Shown: positions 21,844-35,853 of the stretch, piece by piece | How positions within the stretch are numbered: the first letter of the stretch is position 1 | How the letters are laid out: the number at the start of each line of letters is the position of its first letter | Assembly: GCA_010909165.1 (NCBI GenBank) | Contig: MU008184.1 | Coordinates: forward strand, 868,001 to 932,000 | DNA length: 64,000 nucleotides | Direction of reading: 5' to 3' | Source: Anthoceros angustus | Taxonomy: Eukaryota; Plantae; Anthocerotophyta | Made by a program: the position numbers and the translations under genes | Notes under the pieces: model-generated | Seen by the model: only the letters and a program-made list of their open reading frames with translations | The model's database searches: none | What the model was told of the DNA's origin: nothing

Positions 21844-24800
21844 TGACAAAGACAACGGAAGCATATATTGAAAATAAGAGCAATGATACAAAAAGTACTG
21901 GTCCATGTTTAAATAGTATATTAAGGATAACCCTAATTAAACTAATCTACCACTAACGAGTTAGGGTAAACACAATTAACTCTAACACCCCACTTAACCT
22001 AACGAGGTTAAAAGGAGTTAAAGCCACACGAACCGAAACAACACCACACCAAGTCCAACACACGAGGAAACACAAAGCACAAGCAAGCGTGCAAACTAAC
22101 TCCACTGCAAGGACACATTTCTCTCGCGATAGCAGACACAAAGCCCGCCCGGGCTTAAAATCACACCCCGCGCACACCAGCACAGCACGGCACCGCGCCA
22201 CCAACACCACGATCGCGGTGGCCGCCACCGCCCGCGACGGAAAAAATCCATCGCGCCTTCCTCGACAATCGCAATGGCGTCCGATGGCGCCGGGAACCAC
22301 AAACGTATGGTGCCGGGCGTGATCGATTCTCCACCAGCGATCTGAATCGCACGCTCACCACACTCCGGCCACGGCGAAAAGGCGCCACCGCGAATCACGG
22401 TCGGCACCAAGTGACGGGATGGCCCTGCGGACGGCGAGCTTTGCCGCGGACGGCAACCAAAGCCGAGATTGAGTCAGTCCGAGGCTCAATCGCAACAAAG
22501 ACACGATCGCGATCTTTGTCAGGCGGATGAGACACAAGCCGAGAGCCACTCAGAAATACAAAAGTGGTAGCAGTCGAGATGAGGGCAAAGGGACTTGAGA
22601 CTTCGTGTTGCAACACACTCGGACTGTTTCCCTTTAAAGCATTGTTGTTTTTTTTTCGATTTGTGTGTTTCGATCTGTGACTGCGTTGAATAACAAAGTG
22701 ATGCTTCATCCACCAGTACGTAATCTCATTTCACTTATGTTCATTTTGCGTCCATAAATCCCAAAAATACATAGGAGAGTATAGCTGAAAATTAGATAGT
22801 AATTCCATATTGTAGAAAACCAAGTGTCACTCTCCTCATATATATAAAATCGATTTTGATATAGGGGTTGGGAGCTTAAACTCCCTTAAACCCAAACTAG
22901 CAAGATGCTTAAAATGCCTAGGTTGTGAAAGACCCTTTGTCAATATATCGAACGTTTTACAAGTCGCCACATATTGCACACGGACCAAACCACGTTACGC
23001 AACATCCCTAATATAATGATGATAAAGCTCGATATGCTTTGTTCTCGCATGAAACCTAGGATTAGCAACAAGAGATAGCGACATATTGTCACAAAACAAG
23101 GAAGTGGCATCCTCCTGTCAACTTGATAGAATCCAAAATTGCCGCTCCCATTCCACCTCTTTACAAGCATCGATTAGTGCCTTATATTCGGCCTCCGTAG
23201 AAGAAAGTGCCAAGGGCGCTTGTTTCTTGCATGACGCCATGACTCAAGCTAAAATGCACGCATAAGCCGACAAACTCCTTCTAGTGTCAAGATCATCCCA
23301 GTCTGCAAAGGATGTAAGAGTAAACTCTTGCCGCCACTTGATGTATAATGAAGACCATAAGCCAATGTACCCTTGAGGTAACGATATATCCTCTTCACGA
23401 TTCCGTTGAGGTTTACGGGTTCTTAAGCGAGAAACAACACGACGATAAGAAATATCGGCCTAGTCCAATTAGCAAAAATCAAACACCCAACCGCTTCAGA
23501 TAAGGAACAGTAGACATATCTTCCTTATCGCGATCATGGAGGCGCTCTATCGTAAGCTTCTCCCCGAATAAGGAGTTGTTGCGGTCGAGCATCCTCCAAA
23601 TGGAAACGTGTTAATATTTCCTTAAAATATTTTGTTTGATGAAGAACAATAACCCTTGTTGCCTCTCTAAGGATTTGAACTCCTAAACAAACTCCAGAGG
23701 ACCACAGTGGTCATCTCGAACTCCGACCGCAATATAGCCTTGACTTCATCCATCTGCTGCATACTATTACTAAGTAGGATTGCATCATCCACATACAAAG
23801 CTAAGATTACAAACAAGGCGCCTGCTAAAAGATAGAAAACATTTGTATCTGCCCAGGACTGAATGAACCCACAACGTTTCAAAAACTTCATAATCCGCTT
23901 AAACCAGGCTCTCGGACTCTGCTTTAATCCATATAAAGTCTTGAGCAGCTTACAAACCTTCTTTGGAAACTTCTTACTAACAAACCCTTCCGGCTGCGTC
24001 ATATAGAGAACCTCCTCAAGTTCACCATGCAAAAAAGCAGTACAAACATCCATTTGATGAAGTTCTAAATTAAACTCAGCCATAGCTAAAAGTATGCGGT
24101 GATGGAGGCTTAACAAGCTGGACTAAAGGTGTCTCCATAATCAATTCTCGGAATTTGACTAAAGCCCCTAGCAACCAATCTAGACTTATATCTAGCAATG
24201 GTCCCATCCCTTTAACTTAGTTTTGAAAACCCATTTACAAGTTATAGGCTTTCTCCCGTGGCGGATCCACAAGCTCCCAAGTGTTATTTTTAACAAGAGA
24301 GTTATACTCTCGCTATGGAGACCCGCCAATGTTCCCCATCGTGGCCATCTAAAGCTTCTCTATATGATCGAGGATCCGGTCTAACCTCGTATGGAAATAA
24401 ATGCTACATTAGTCAAGACTTCCTAAAGTCTATGATCGATACTACATCAATTCAATCGATCACGAGTACGACGCTCTCTCAATGAATACCGGGATCTGCT
24501 GCGGAGGGCGAACAACGATCATCAAGACCAGCAACCTCATCATCAAGGGAAGCATGAGAAGAAGTGGATCGCATCATCGAAGCAGTGAATCAACCACACC
24601 GGTATGGCACCGTATCATCTACAGTTCTGGAGCTAAAGGAAACTGTTCACCATCCAACGCTCCATCCGTCTGTGGAAACATAACTAGGGTCACTCATCCT
24701 CCTCGCGCACATCATCCATAGCGTCGGGAGCTAAAAGTAGTAGAATCAGTGTGGAAGTGATCTCCTTAAAGGTAACACTCCTCGCCAACGCGTCATCTTA

Positions 24801-27800
24801 TAGGTCGAGGATCAAACAACTTGTATGCTTTGGATTCTTCCGAGTAGCCAAGAAAAATAAGAGGCTTCGACCTTGCATCTAACTTCCCCTCTTGGCCTCG
24901 GAATGAATGCAAAAAGGAGATCCAAAAACACGTAAATGAAGAAGACTTGGCTTGCGCCCAAAAGGCTTCATATATGCAACAGTGTAACGCAGTCACAACT
25001 CTATTCAAAATATAAGTAGTCAACTACGGCCTCATTTCAAAAGGATTTAGGAAGACCCAAGCCAACATGCTCGAGTCATTCCCATCAAGGTTTGATTCTT
25101 CCTTCGCAACTCCATTACATTGTTGTGTATAAGGAATGTAAAGTTGACGATGATCCCATCTGCTGAAAAAGCCCATCAAACCTATGGCGATGAAACTCTC
25201 CACCATTATCGCGGGAAGCACTTGACCAAATGTCTGTTTGTCTTTGAACCATAGGAATCCATGAGGAGATATGCTCAAAGACGTCACTCTTCAACTGCAA
25301 GGGAAAGGTCCATGTATAGCGTGAAAAATCATCTGAGAGAAAGATAATACTCGGACCCACCAAGTGATTTCCGGAAGCTTTCCGCTAGATCCGCATGTAT
25401 CAACTCCAAAAGCGCTTTAGCTCGAGTAGCCGATTGATTCTTAAAAGGAAGCTCCTTCCGCTTGGACAAGATACACGCCTGCAGAAGCAAGGTGCTTGAA
25501 ACAAGGAGGCAGCTTCTCTCGGTAGCGACTTGAGTGAGACATCAAGTTGTTTAGCCTTATTGACATGACCTAGACGCATGCCATAAGCTAGCTTGATGAG
25601 AAGAAGAGGTTACTAAAGCATGAGCACTAGGAGTAAAAGTACAAGGAGAAATATCGTCATACAAATCATCAACTAAGGTAGCCTTTGCAACATAATTCCT
25701 CGCAATTGTAATCTATACATATAACAATGCAAATGTTCAAAGCTAAACCCAAAGTCACCAGCGTATAATGACTCTAATGAAAGCAAGTTTTGCTCATTGC
25801 GAGAACAAACAACACATCGTAGCAAGCTTGTACCATCTAACAAAGGTATGCAAACTTCACCACTACCTTCCACTTCTAGTCCCCTAGAATCACCAACATA
25901 AAGACGAAAAGGTGATTGATAGCTGAACTTAGAAAATAGCTTCCTGTTGTTACAAATGTGCGAAGTAGATCCAATCTACAAACCACATAAATGAATTCTC
26001 CTTACTCGAAATTAGACACACAATAACAGTAGCTGCTTTTATGTTGCTTGTTGTAAGATGCTCCTTGGTACTAACATGAGCCAAAGGACGAACTTCCTTC
26101 TTTGGTTCTTTGCCTTTTCTTTCTCGCAATCACGCTCCCAATGCCTGGAATTTGACACGCCATAAGCACCTGCCGCTTGACAGAGGAGAAGAGGCGGCGG
26201 ACAAACCTACTCCTTTCTTGTTCTTATTGTTGTGCCCTGGTCCTTTTCCTTTGCAACGTAAAGCACCTTCTCCCGAGGCGAGCGAAGGCCACGACTTATG
26301 GCGACTGCTCCTCTTGCAGGAGAGCCCCAATCAAGTCATTCAACGTTATAAGGGAAGGTCTACCAGCACTCACACGATAAGAAGCTCGAATGGAGGTATT
26401 TTGGCTTGACACGAAGTTCGAAAGAAGCCGGTGGATAGCAATTGAGCAAGCCCACTTGGCCATACTAGATCCAAGAGCATGAATGAGATCGCAAATGGCG
26501 AACTTCACAATATGTGGTCCCACGGATCTCCTTCTCGCAGCTTCGTGCCATAAAACTCATTCCTAGCATGTACAAGCGTAAGAATATTTTGCACTGATAT
26601 GTATCTTTCACCAACCCAAACCTCACCTGTTGGTAAGGACTCCACCTCCGTAACAGTAGTTTCATCTATACTTGAAAGTAGAATAGCAAAAGCTATTTTG
26701 TTCCCCTTTTTCCACTTGTCCACCATGTCTTGAGTAACACCTGGAATTGTGATATCAGGTTTAGGAAGAGAACCGTCAACATATTCCCACACATCTCTGG
26801 CATCCAAGAATGCTCGCATCCGGGCACGCCAGCTCTCATAACGGGAAGCTTTGCCATCAAACCGGTCCTTCTCCTTAAATTCACAGATAGGTAGCTCAAG
26901 AGTTGTCAAAGCACCACTAGCGTATCATGGTAAGAGGAATGGAACAGCAGGGGTCTAGATCAAGAGGTTGAGGAACTGAGGTATTTGTATTCAAACGTGC
27001 TAGCTGTTGAAGAGTTGAAGCAATTTGAGAATTTAACCTAGCACCTCGTTCGAGTCGAGAGTCATCCATAAGGGATCTGGTCTTACTGCATCATCATGCT
27101 CACTACTGGAAGATGAGTCCGACATACACAATCTAGAAAGAAAGGTAAATGACCTCTAAACTCTAGACTTACAGAGATAAACTATACAAGAGTTCTTATT
27201 CTAAAAGAAGAAACTAAGAAATCTCAAGTCGTTTCGCATCATAAAGCAGGTTCAACTTATAAAGCGAAACGTTATTACAACTTAAATGCACCAAAGACCT
27301 AAAAAGGAACCCAAAACGATATTCCAACTTATGCATCAATGCCCTAAAAGGCCACCCGAACCGATATTCCAACTTAAGCGCACCAAAGCCCTAAAAGGAA
27401 CCCGAAACGATATGCCAACTTAAGCGCACGAAGCCCTAAAAGAACCCATTTCGTTTCCGTTAAAACCACCGCGACAGGATGACGCACACCGCGACCAAGC
27501 AAGGCAAGCACCGCTTCAGATCACGCTCACATGTGCCGCGCCCATCCTGATCCGAGTTACAGCAATCCTGCATCGCGATGCGGAGGAAGCCGGCATCTTC
27601 ACGCGCTCCCTTCGCCATAAAGTCTCGGCGCAATTGACAGCCACAGTCGCAATACTGAGATGATTTCCGGCCCTGTGACTCACCAAATCTCTCCAGTAAG
27701 CCAGCAATTCTAACAGCGAAGCAATCGAGACGGGTCGCCTGCCTGCCTGCTCATCCAGGATGCGCCTAAGCAGAGTCTCGATGCTGTCCAGCCGGGAAAG

Positions 27801-28298
27801 AGACGTGAATTCAGGTGCTCTCCTCCTCCTGATCTGAACTGGCTAGGAAATCAGCTAGGATTCTTCCGAGACACCTGCATCCCATCATAGAACAGGTCGC
27901 GCCGTGACAGAGCATGTTGTGATCTCCTACCATGGCCCGATCTCAATGGCTGATTCACAAGCCTGTCAGCAAACCGAGAATGAATCCGTCAAAACACATC
28001 TTCCCGACGCGCCATCAGATTGTGAGAAATGAGGCATTTATCACGTAGATAAATACACCAGCAAATCTCCACAACAATTTCCCATAGACAATGGCTAGCA
28101 AATCATCTACAAAATACGGATTGTGGCAAAAGAAATTCCATGGCTCTGATACCATGACAAAGACAACGGAAGCATATATTGAAAATAAGAGCAATAATAC
28201 AAAAATCTTGGTCCATGTTTAAATAGTATATTAAGGATAACCCTAATTAAACTAATCTACCACTAACCGAGTTAGGGTAAACACAATTAACTCTAACA
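21844..28298 (-). mobile_element. Ty1/copia element C1, full length, degenerate gag-pol
   Basis: 144-bp LTRs at 21844-21987 and 28155-28298 (TG...CA); TSD TCATA on both sides; iMet PBS TGGTATCAGAGCCA 28141-28154; PPT 21988-22000; gag 26505-26909; [13 protein letters not shown] and YVDD. Confidence 0.95.
27278..27448. repeat. about 46-bp tandem repeat (3.7 copies) in the C1 leader
   Basis: CAACTTA..GCACCAAAGCCCTAAAAGGAACCCGAAACGATATTC-like units. Confidence 0.85.
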
Positions 28299-28303
28299 TC
28301 ATA

Positions 28304-29703
28304 TTTGTGGCCTATAAACTCACCTCCATTGTCTGATCGCAGGCACTTGACCCGATCGTCCGTCGCCTTTTGTACCATGGGAATCCACGGTTTTTATCAA
28401 AGGCCTCACTTTTCCTTTGAGTGGGAAGGTCCAAGTGTACCTGCTAAAGTCATATGTGAGTGACAAGTAATACTCAGCTCCTCCTAATGAAGGCACTTGC
28501 ATCTTTCCAGCAATGTCCATGTGGACCAGCCCTAGAACATCATTCGCTCTTGTAGCATTTTTGTTCTTAAAGGGCAGCTCCTTCTGTTTGGACAGGACAC
28601 ATGACTTGCATACAGGAAGATTTTTGAAGCATGAAGGTAACTTCTCTTTGTAGTAGTCACCTGCGGACATGAGGTCCAACTTGACCTTGTTCACATGTCC
28701 AAGTCTCACATGCCATAGGTTCGCTTGAGACCTAGATGTAGTAACATTTACTGCCGGATTATGATCTCCCACAGACAGCTGGTAGAGGTCATTAATCAGG
28801 AGTCCTTTTGCTAAGCACACATTAGGTTGTGATGGACTATACAAACAGCATGAGTCCTTCTCGAAGCGAAAAGCAAACTCTGACGTTTGTGTGAGGGCTC
28901 TGATTGACAGCAGGTTCTTTGACATAGCTGGAACATAAAGTACATCCAGCAGTTCCAACGTGAACCACCGGAAGCAGTACTGCTCCACTTCCATATACTC
29001 CCACGTGAATCTCCACATTACCGACCGTGGAGATTGCCGGTGGTGAATAGGTGGCGATTGTTACACACATGTGAAGTTGCCCCTGAGTCAATGAACCAGA
29101 GTGAACAGGTTTCTCTCGAAGTCAAGCGATCATTAAGATCGTCGCCTTATGAGCACTTTGAGAGCTTGACTTGTTGCCTTTTCAAAGAACATGCTTCGGT
29201 TTTGACTCCTTCTGAGCCTCACCAGCTTTCTTCTTACGACAATCTCGTTCCCAGTGGCCAGGCAGTTGGCACCAATTGCAGTTGCCTTGCCTTTTGGGAT
29301 TTCCAGACGAGGCTTTCTTCCCCTTATCCTTCCCCTTCCCAAAAGGTTTCTTAGAAGCAACTAACACCTTCTACCTCGACTTTTGCGAGCGAGAAGGTCG
29401 TGTTGCTCTTCTTGATAGAGAGCACCCACAAGCTCATTGAAAGTGAGTGTGGAGACACCACCCGGATGCACCAACGGACGTGTAAGGTACGTGTCGTGGA
29501 CACAAAGTTTTGATAGGACTGAGGGAGACTGGACAACAATTTGCTGTGATGTCTATATCGGATCTGGTTCCTCCCAGTATTATTGCTCATTGTCTTAATT
29601 AGCAGGCCGGAAATGTGAGTACCCATTGTGTCCCCATCCTTCATTCTGAGTCCATAGAAGTCGTTCCTTGCAGCAACAAGGGTTAAAATGTTCCTCACTT
29701 GAT
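28304..29703 (-). pseudogene. C0 gag C-terminal part, protease, GAG-pre-integrase and integrase start
   Basis: CNWCQLPGHWERDC knuckle; LWHVRLGHVN; HMDIAGKM; YDFSRYTWTFPL. Confidence 0.88.
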
Positions 29704-31734
29704 ACGTATGATGAGAATCATAGCTGTTCTAGGTAGCAAAACATAGCAAGCAGATAGTAGAAAGCTTTGCACAAAAAGAGTTGTATGCATTGATAATAGA
29801 AAGTACAAAGCCTTTATATAGGCTAAGTGGTTATAACCATAAGGTGGTTGTAACCATAAGTAGTTCTAACCTCTAAGTGGTTGTAACAACTAACTACTCA
29901 TTAAACTACCTAAAGCCCTAAGAACTAAATTAATTAATAGCCTTAGGTGCCCTAGTGAAGAGTGCCCTAAATAGGTCATATTTCATCACTCCCACTCACT
30001 ATGAACTAGGTGTGAAGAATGGCTTCAAAATGAGACTAAAAGGCTAGTTAGCTCCCACTAACTTGAAAGCTATCCACTAAGAAAACAATTAAAACTGGCT
30101 TAAGTTACATTTAAGCAGAATTTAATGTAATCAAAATTAATTACCAAAAACTTAATTAGGAAATGGTAAATTCCTAAACAAGGTAAAAGATAAAAGTAAA
30201 ACTTAAACTAGGTTAATCTTAAACCAAAGGTAAAAGTAAAACTTAAATGGGTAAGGCCCATATGATGCCGTCCGTATGCCCCTGGCATACGTTATGTACC
30301 CTCCCCTCATACGGTTTTATTCCTCCTCCCCTCGCCTCCCGCTCCCTCGCTCTCGCTCAAAGAAACTTGGCCATGGCCCTGAAAATCGTGGGGAAGGGCG
30401 CCTCGGAGGACGCGCCACCGGCGGGCGCCCGCGCGCCCGCCCATGTGCACACTGGCGTGCGGCGCCGATTAGAAGATGGCAGCCACTGCGGTGGAAGAAG
30501 AAGAGGAGTGCGGCCTGGGAGGGACGCGCCTCGAGGAGCAACGCCCCTCACAGGCGGTGCCACAGTGATCCTCCACGCCTAAATGGATTCCAACCTTTGT
30601 GGAGAGCCCACCACGTTTCCGGTGGTAGGAAGTGGTAGCTCGTGAGGTTGAAGTCACCGGAGAGAGGTGGAATTTGTTCCCGGTGGAGGTCGCCAGATGT
30701 GAGTGCTGCGGAGTGTCTCACCCAAGCCGGAGATTAAAGATCTTGCCCCATGTCTTGTCTCAATTTGTTGAAGTGCCCGCTGCTAATCCCAAGCCAACAC
30801 TCCAAATGCGGCAAGCCGTCACCAGTTGTGTGCGGATGAGAGATCGTCGAGGAAGATTCAAAGCTCTTGTGGAGAAGAAATCGCGAGATTGTTCTCTCGA
30901 TACAAGTGCCTTGGAAGAATCTTCATTGAAGGGCTTCCTCGATGATGAAGGAGGCTGAAATCTCAAGTAAAGCATGTGTGTAATAAGGCATTCCCCTGTC
31001 ATGAAGGGAGGCACCTTGGGCGATGGATGCCCCCCTTTTTTGAGGAGAGGCACCTAGTTGTAAGCCCGTTTGTGGGCATCTTCAAATGACCATTTTCCAG
31101 TTCAAAAATATTAATTGTGATGAATTTTCTGATACTATTTTCGCAGATTTATGTATGGAAAATTATGGAAAAAGGAAAATGAAAATGAAAATGAAGAAAA
31201 TGAGAAAATGAAAAGGTAGACATGCTTTTGTGACTCTAAAAGGTGTTCTAACTTATTTTCTCTTGCTAAAACTTGCCCATTTTATTAGATTTCTTTTGCC
31301 CCGAAAAGACATAGAATAGGAAACATAGATTGGAAGCCCGGCATATATCCCAAGGGTGATGATGTGAAGCTCATCTATATAATCACTAATATGAAAGGGG
31401 GAGACGTACCACCATGCTCCTATGTTTGCCAGGAAACTAAGATACACATGATACGGGTTATGTATGCTGTCTGTGAAGAATTTCCGGACATATGATCCAT
31501 GTCTATCGTAAGTATTCCTGAGGCTAAGAAAATATGGAAAAGTTTTAATTAGCAAAATATTATTTAATATTTTAATATTATTTTCTAGAGCACCTCAACT
31601 ATGTATGAAGGAGAGGATCAGGCCTATGTTAAGATTGAGGATGATTGTTCAAGACTTAGAATAGAATATTGGACTAGTTTTTAAGGTTATCTTAAGTAGA
31701 CCAATTTTTAAGGATGAACTATAGGTGGAGGCTT

Positions 31735-34138
31735 AGACAATGTGTCCAATATACCTAAACATTTCATATGTTTCTGTATTCAATGCCTAGTGACTTTGTT
31801 AATAAATCAGCGTTATCTAAAGTTTGAACATAACTAATATCTATAGTTTTATCCTCTATTTTCTCTCGATGTAATGATATTCGACAATATGTTTAGTTCT
31901 AGAGTGGAAGACAGGTTCCTTGACAAGGCTATAGCTCACGACTATCACTCAACAACAAGGTGGGCTTTTCACCTTGTGATGAAGTTCACTCAAGGTTAGC
32001 CTAGTCCATACTATGTCTTTAGCAACCGAGGTTAGTACTCTATACTCACTCGAGTCTGGACAAGGCTATGGTTGGTTGTTTCTTACTTGACCAGATATGG
32101 TGCTCCCCAATAGCGATCGTAACGATACGGATCTGCGTGTCGGTCACCGGCATAGTCGGCGTCGGTGTCGTTAATGTGCGTCTTTATGCGGTGTATACTT
32201 GAATGTCAATCCTGCATGGTACCCTTGAGGTATCGAATATGCGCTTAGTTGACATCCGGTGTTCACGTCGAGTTCTCGATTGTGAGCAGGGCGACTTCAA
32301 AGATATATCCGGTCGGTGAAGTTGGATAAATATATAAGTGTGCCAACAGATGTCGATATGGGACTGACATTTCCAACTTATCTTGTCTTGTCTTTGGACT
32401 CATATCCATGGTAAGCGGACTAGCAAAGGTGTAGGTGCGTTTCGCATCTTCAAGTCCAAACTTGGTTAAACTTTCTTTAATGTACTTGGTTTGAACAATA
32501 CTCGAGTCTTGTTTGCTCGATCTCTAATAATGTTGACACCAAGTGCATATGTCATTTCTCCTAAATCGGACATTTCATAAAAGTCTTGAGCCGACTTTTG
32601 ATCTCGGCTAGGAGAGTAAGAGTTTGTGGCCATGAATACGTCGACGAGAGCAATAAGTAAAAGGTATCATTGCGATATTAGGATATACATGCATGCATCG
32701 GCATCACTTTGCGGAAGCCTCTTTGATGAGTTTCACATGTATGTCCATATTCCAATTTTACCAGTTGCTTGAGACCATACAAGCCTTTAATTAGTCTGCA
32801 TACCCAATCTTCCTTGCCTTTAACCTCATAACCTTCGGGCTGTTTCATGTAGATTTCTTCTTGAAGACGGCCATAGAGATATGTTGTCTTCACATCCATC
32901 ATATGAAGCTCAAGATCATGATGGGCTGTTAAGGCGAAGATTATTCTAAGGGAAGCAAACTTTGCTACCGGCGAATGTGGCCCATGGGAGGTAATCTAAA
33001 CCCGATCCGGGTGAATCCCACAGCCACAAGGCGTGCTTTGTATCTCTCAATGGAACCATCTCCTTTTCTCTTAATTTTGAATACCCATTTTGCTGGTGAC
33101 TATCTTCCTACCCTTAGGTGGCTTAACCAATTCCCATGTAGAGTTACTAATGAGAGAGTTATATTATAATCTCACTACCTTCCATAAGGTCTTTTTCGAG
33201 AAAGCTTGTTTTAAGGTAAGAGGTTCTTGGATCTATGGTTGCCTTGTATACACTTGTGAGTAAAGTGATACGGGGAAGAGGATCATCAAAAACAGCTAGA
33301 TATCCTAAAGGAGGTTCCTTCCATCCTGCGGGTCCGGGGATTGCAGGACGGGTTCTTAAGTTGTACCTTTGTGTAGGTTCTGGTGCATCTTCCACTGGAG
33401 CAGGAACATCAATAGGATCATGGTGCTCCATGTCATTCACTGGAGGGTCATCATGCTCTTCATCAAGAGTGTCAACTGGCTCCTCGACTTGAATGTTGTC
33501 GCCATCTGGTGGTGTTTCATGTGGAATAGATGCTAACTCCTCCTCCTCCTGCAGAATAGGTTCAACTACGGGAACACGTAGAGCAGGAACTGGAAATTGA
33601 GTGATATAATCAGTATCATCAAATGAGGAGGTATCTGAGGGCTCTTCGGAAGAGACGTCCTCAGGGCCGGATGTACCAGCTCCCACTGCTGGGGAAAAGA
33701 GGTAAGACTCATGAAAAGTAACACTCCTGGCATATATAAGCTTCCGTGTGGTGGGTTCAAATAGCTTGTAACCTTTGATGCCTTGGTGTAGCCAATGAAT
33801 AGATATTTGGCAGCTTTTGGATCTAACTTCTTGCGTTGTACTTTAGGGATAAAGACATATGCAGGAGATCCAAAAATTGAAGGTGATCTATGGAAGGCTT
33901 GTTGCCGGTGAATGCTTCATATGGAGTCATACCTTGAGCGAGGAAGTCGGCGATTCATGAGATAGGTTGCTGTAAGGAGGGCCTCAGCCCAATAAGCTTT
34001 GGATAAGTTAGCTTGTGTTAACAGGCAACCTGTGATCTCTTGGAGGCCGAGATTCTTATTTTCTGCGACGCCATTTTGCTAAGGAGTGTATACGACACTA
34101 AGTTGTTGAGCTACGCCTTCAGCTCGACAAAATTCAGC
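31735..34138 (-). pseudogene. pol: C2 integrase C-terminal part, RT and RNase H
   Basis: FAEFCRAEGVAQQLSVVYTP; MDVKTTYLYGRLQEEIYMKQPEG; HSRTKHI. Confidence 0.88.
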
Positions 34139-34142
34139 AAAT

Positions 34143-34172
34143 AACATGGTAATTCTGTAAAGAGGTTTATAT
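34143..34172 (+). repeat. left terminal inverted repeat
   Basis: AACATGGTAATTCTGTAAAGAGGTTTATAT. Confidence 0.92.
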
Positions 34173-34460
34173 AACCCCTTCCTGTTGCGTGAGAACCCTT
34201 TGGAAAATCACTCGGTATCTAAATCACGCCAAAGCCATCACGGTCTCGACAATGGACCATTCTTGGCCCCTGACTAAGTCATGAACAACACAATTGAGGC
34301 ATACACGGTAGCGACAGCAGTGCGGCGGGCTGCGGCGCTGGATGAAGCCATGAATGATGGAAGAGGGACGTTTTAAATGTGCCATAAAATGGCACCGATA
34401 GACACATGGCATAATGAAGTTTATATGGAATCCTAATACATTGGATCCGGTTACTGCGGG

Positions 34461-35460
34461 CTATTCGGGTCTCAAGCGGGCCTGAGCGAGCGAATCTAAA
34501 ACTACGCTAGGTTTCGTATCGCTCCAGTTCTTAATCCATGTCATTCTCACCCAAAGCGTTGTCATCGTTGTTAACCTCCGCTTGGACAGACGCGCGTGGG
34601 AGGTTGCCATATGGTATCCGGCGTTTGTCCTTCCTCCAACAATTAGCCCGTTACGGTCTTCATCCTCCGCACTCAAAGAAACAACTTGGGCCTTTGAACA
34701 ATCCTTTTCACTTATACAAACCTCCTTTGCCCAATCCCAAGGGCCTGCGATGGGGCTCGAAGGTAAGCTCTTCTTCAGCATCCGGGAGAACCTCGTATCC
34801 GTGGATGCGCTGGGGGATGTATCCAGCACACCGTAAGTCTGCTTCGATGGCGATACAGTTTCTTCCATACAGCAAGGCTGCTAATACCGTTGTGCCACTT
34901 CCGGAGCATGCGTCCACCACCCAGTCTCCTTCTTTTGAGAAGGTCTTGATCAATTTCATCATCAGCCCAAGAGGCCTTTGGTATGGGCATACCACCAACT
35001 TGTCATGGGACAAGTACACCTTCTTTACCACGTCATGTCATGACGGACCTCCCATTGTTAAAAGTGCCATGCATGGCATTCGCATCATCGGAGCTCGATC
35101 CTTTGAACACCCATCTTCAAGCCCCATCCGACACATACTCCACGCTTTCAACCGCCCCTATCATTGCTCATGTTAGTTTTATCCCACACGAAGACACCAG
35201 CCACCCTTCTTACACCACTGCGCATCGATTCCCGTCTTGTGGGCTTCCTCCACTCCATGCATGACAATCATGCGAAGTCTTCGCTTGTAGTTTTCTCATG
35301 AAAACTTGAAAATCGTACTCAACATAGTGGCATCCATCCGCTTGTCCATAGGCCCAATATCAAAGCCTCCGGGCACATCCATGACTAATGTGGTGTACCT
35401 CCTCACCAAGGTAGCCCCGCATCTCCAAAATATCTCGCTTCTCCACTTGGTAATGAACCT
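34461..35460 (-). pseudogene. beta-class N6-adenine/N4-cytosine DNA methyltransferase domain (N6_N4_Mtase-like), frameshifted
   Basis: Order is the catalytic motif IV-like LVMDVPGG (35365-35379), GVFVWDK (35178-35189), CPYQRPLGLMMKLIKTFSKEGDWVV, SAM-binding DACSGSGTT (34888-34914), then AALLYGRNCIAIEAD. This parallels the canonical beta-class tail HPTQKP..L..LI..S..GD.VLDPF.GSGTT..AA...GR...G.E.D. Confidence 0.87.
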
Positions 35461-35787
35461 CCTTCTCACCGAACAGAAAATGTGCAGCCCTTCATGAAGA
35501 TCTCAGACACGCTGCTCGTCTTCCAAACTCTTCCAATTATTGATCTCGAAAATGAAATTCTTAAAGTCCTCCGGCATTTTCGCAAGTTGTCTATATCCTT
35601 CAATTCTTTGCAGGCAAAACGAGTAAGTGCATATATGCAGAAACAAACATTATGCACCCGTAGATCTCAGAGGCTTGAGGCGCCCGCCTCAAGCCCCTCG
35701 AGTTCTATGGAGTGGATCTGAGATGGGCGCCGGCCGCCTGTAAGGCACCCGTCCCCACATCACATGTGGAAGTGGCCTCGGCCAGCG

Positions 35788-35853
35788 CTGCAAGAACGTT
35801 AGGGTTTGTAACGACATATGAGAGAATTAGAAACGATGGGTAGTATGGCACAC
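35788..35853 (-). other. probable 66-bp spliceosomal intron in the cargo gene
   Basis: GAAG|GTGTGC donor, CTAAC branch-like site and TTCTTGCAG acceptor. Confidence 0.55.

Noticed and set aside
27278-27448. CRISPR-like arrays (also 2318-2598, 52289-52440, 59400-59810)
   Set aside because: Whole units are repeated or degenerate, with no constant repeat plus unique spacer pattern and no cas genes.
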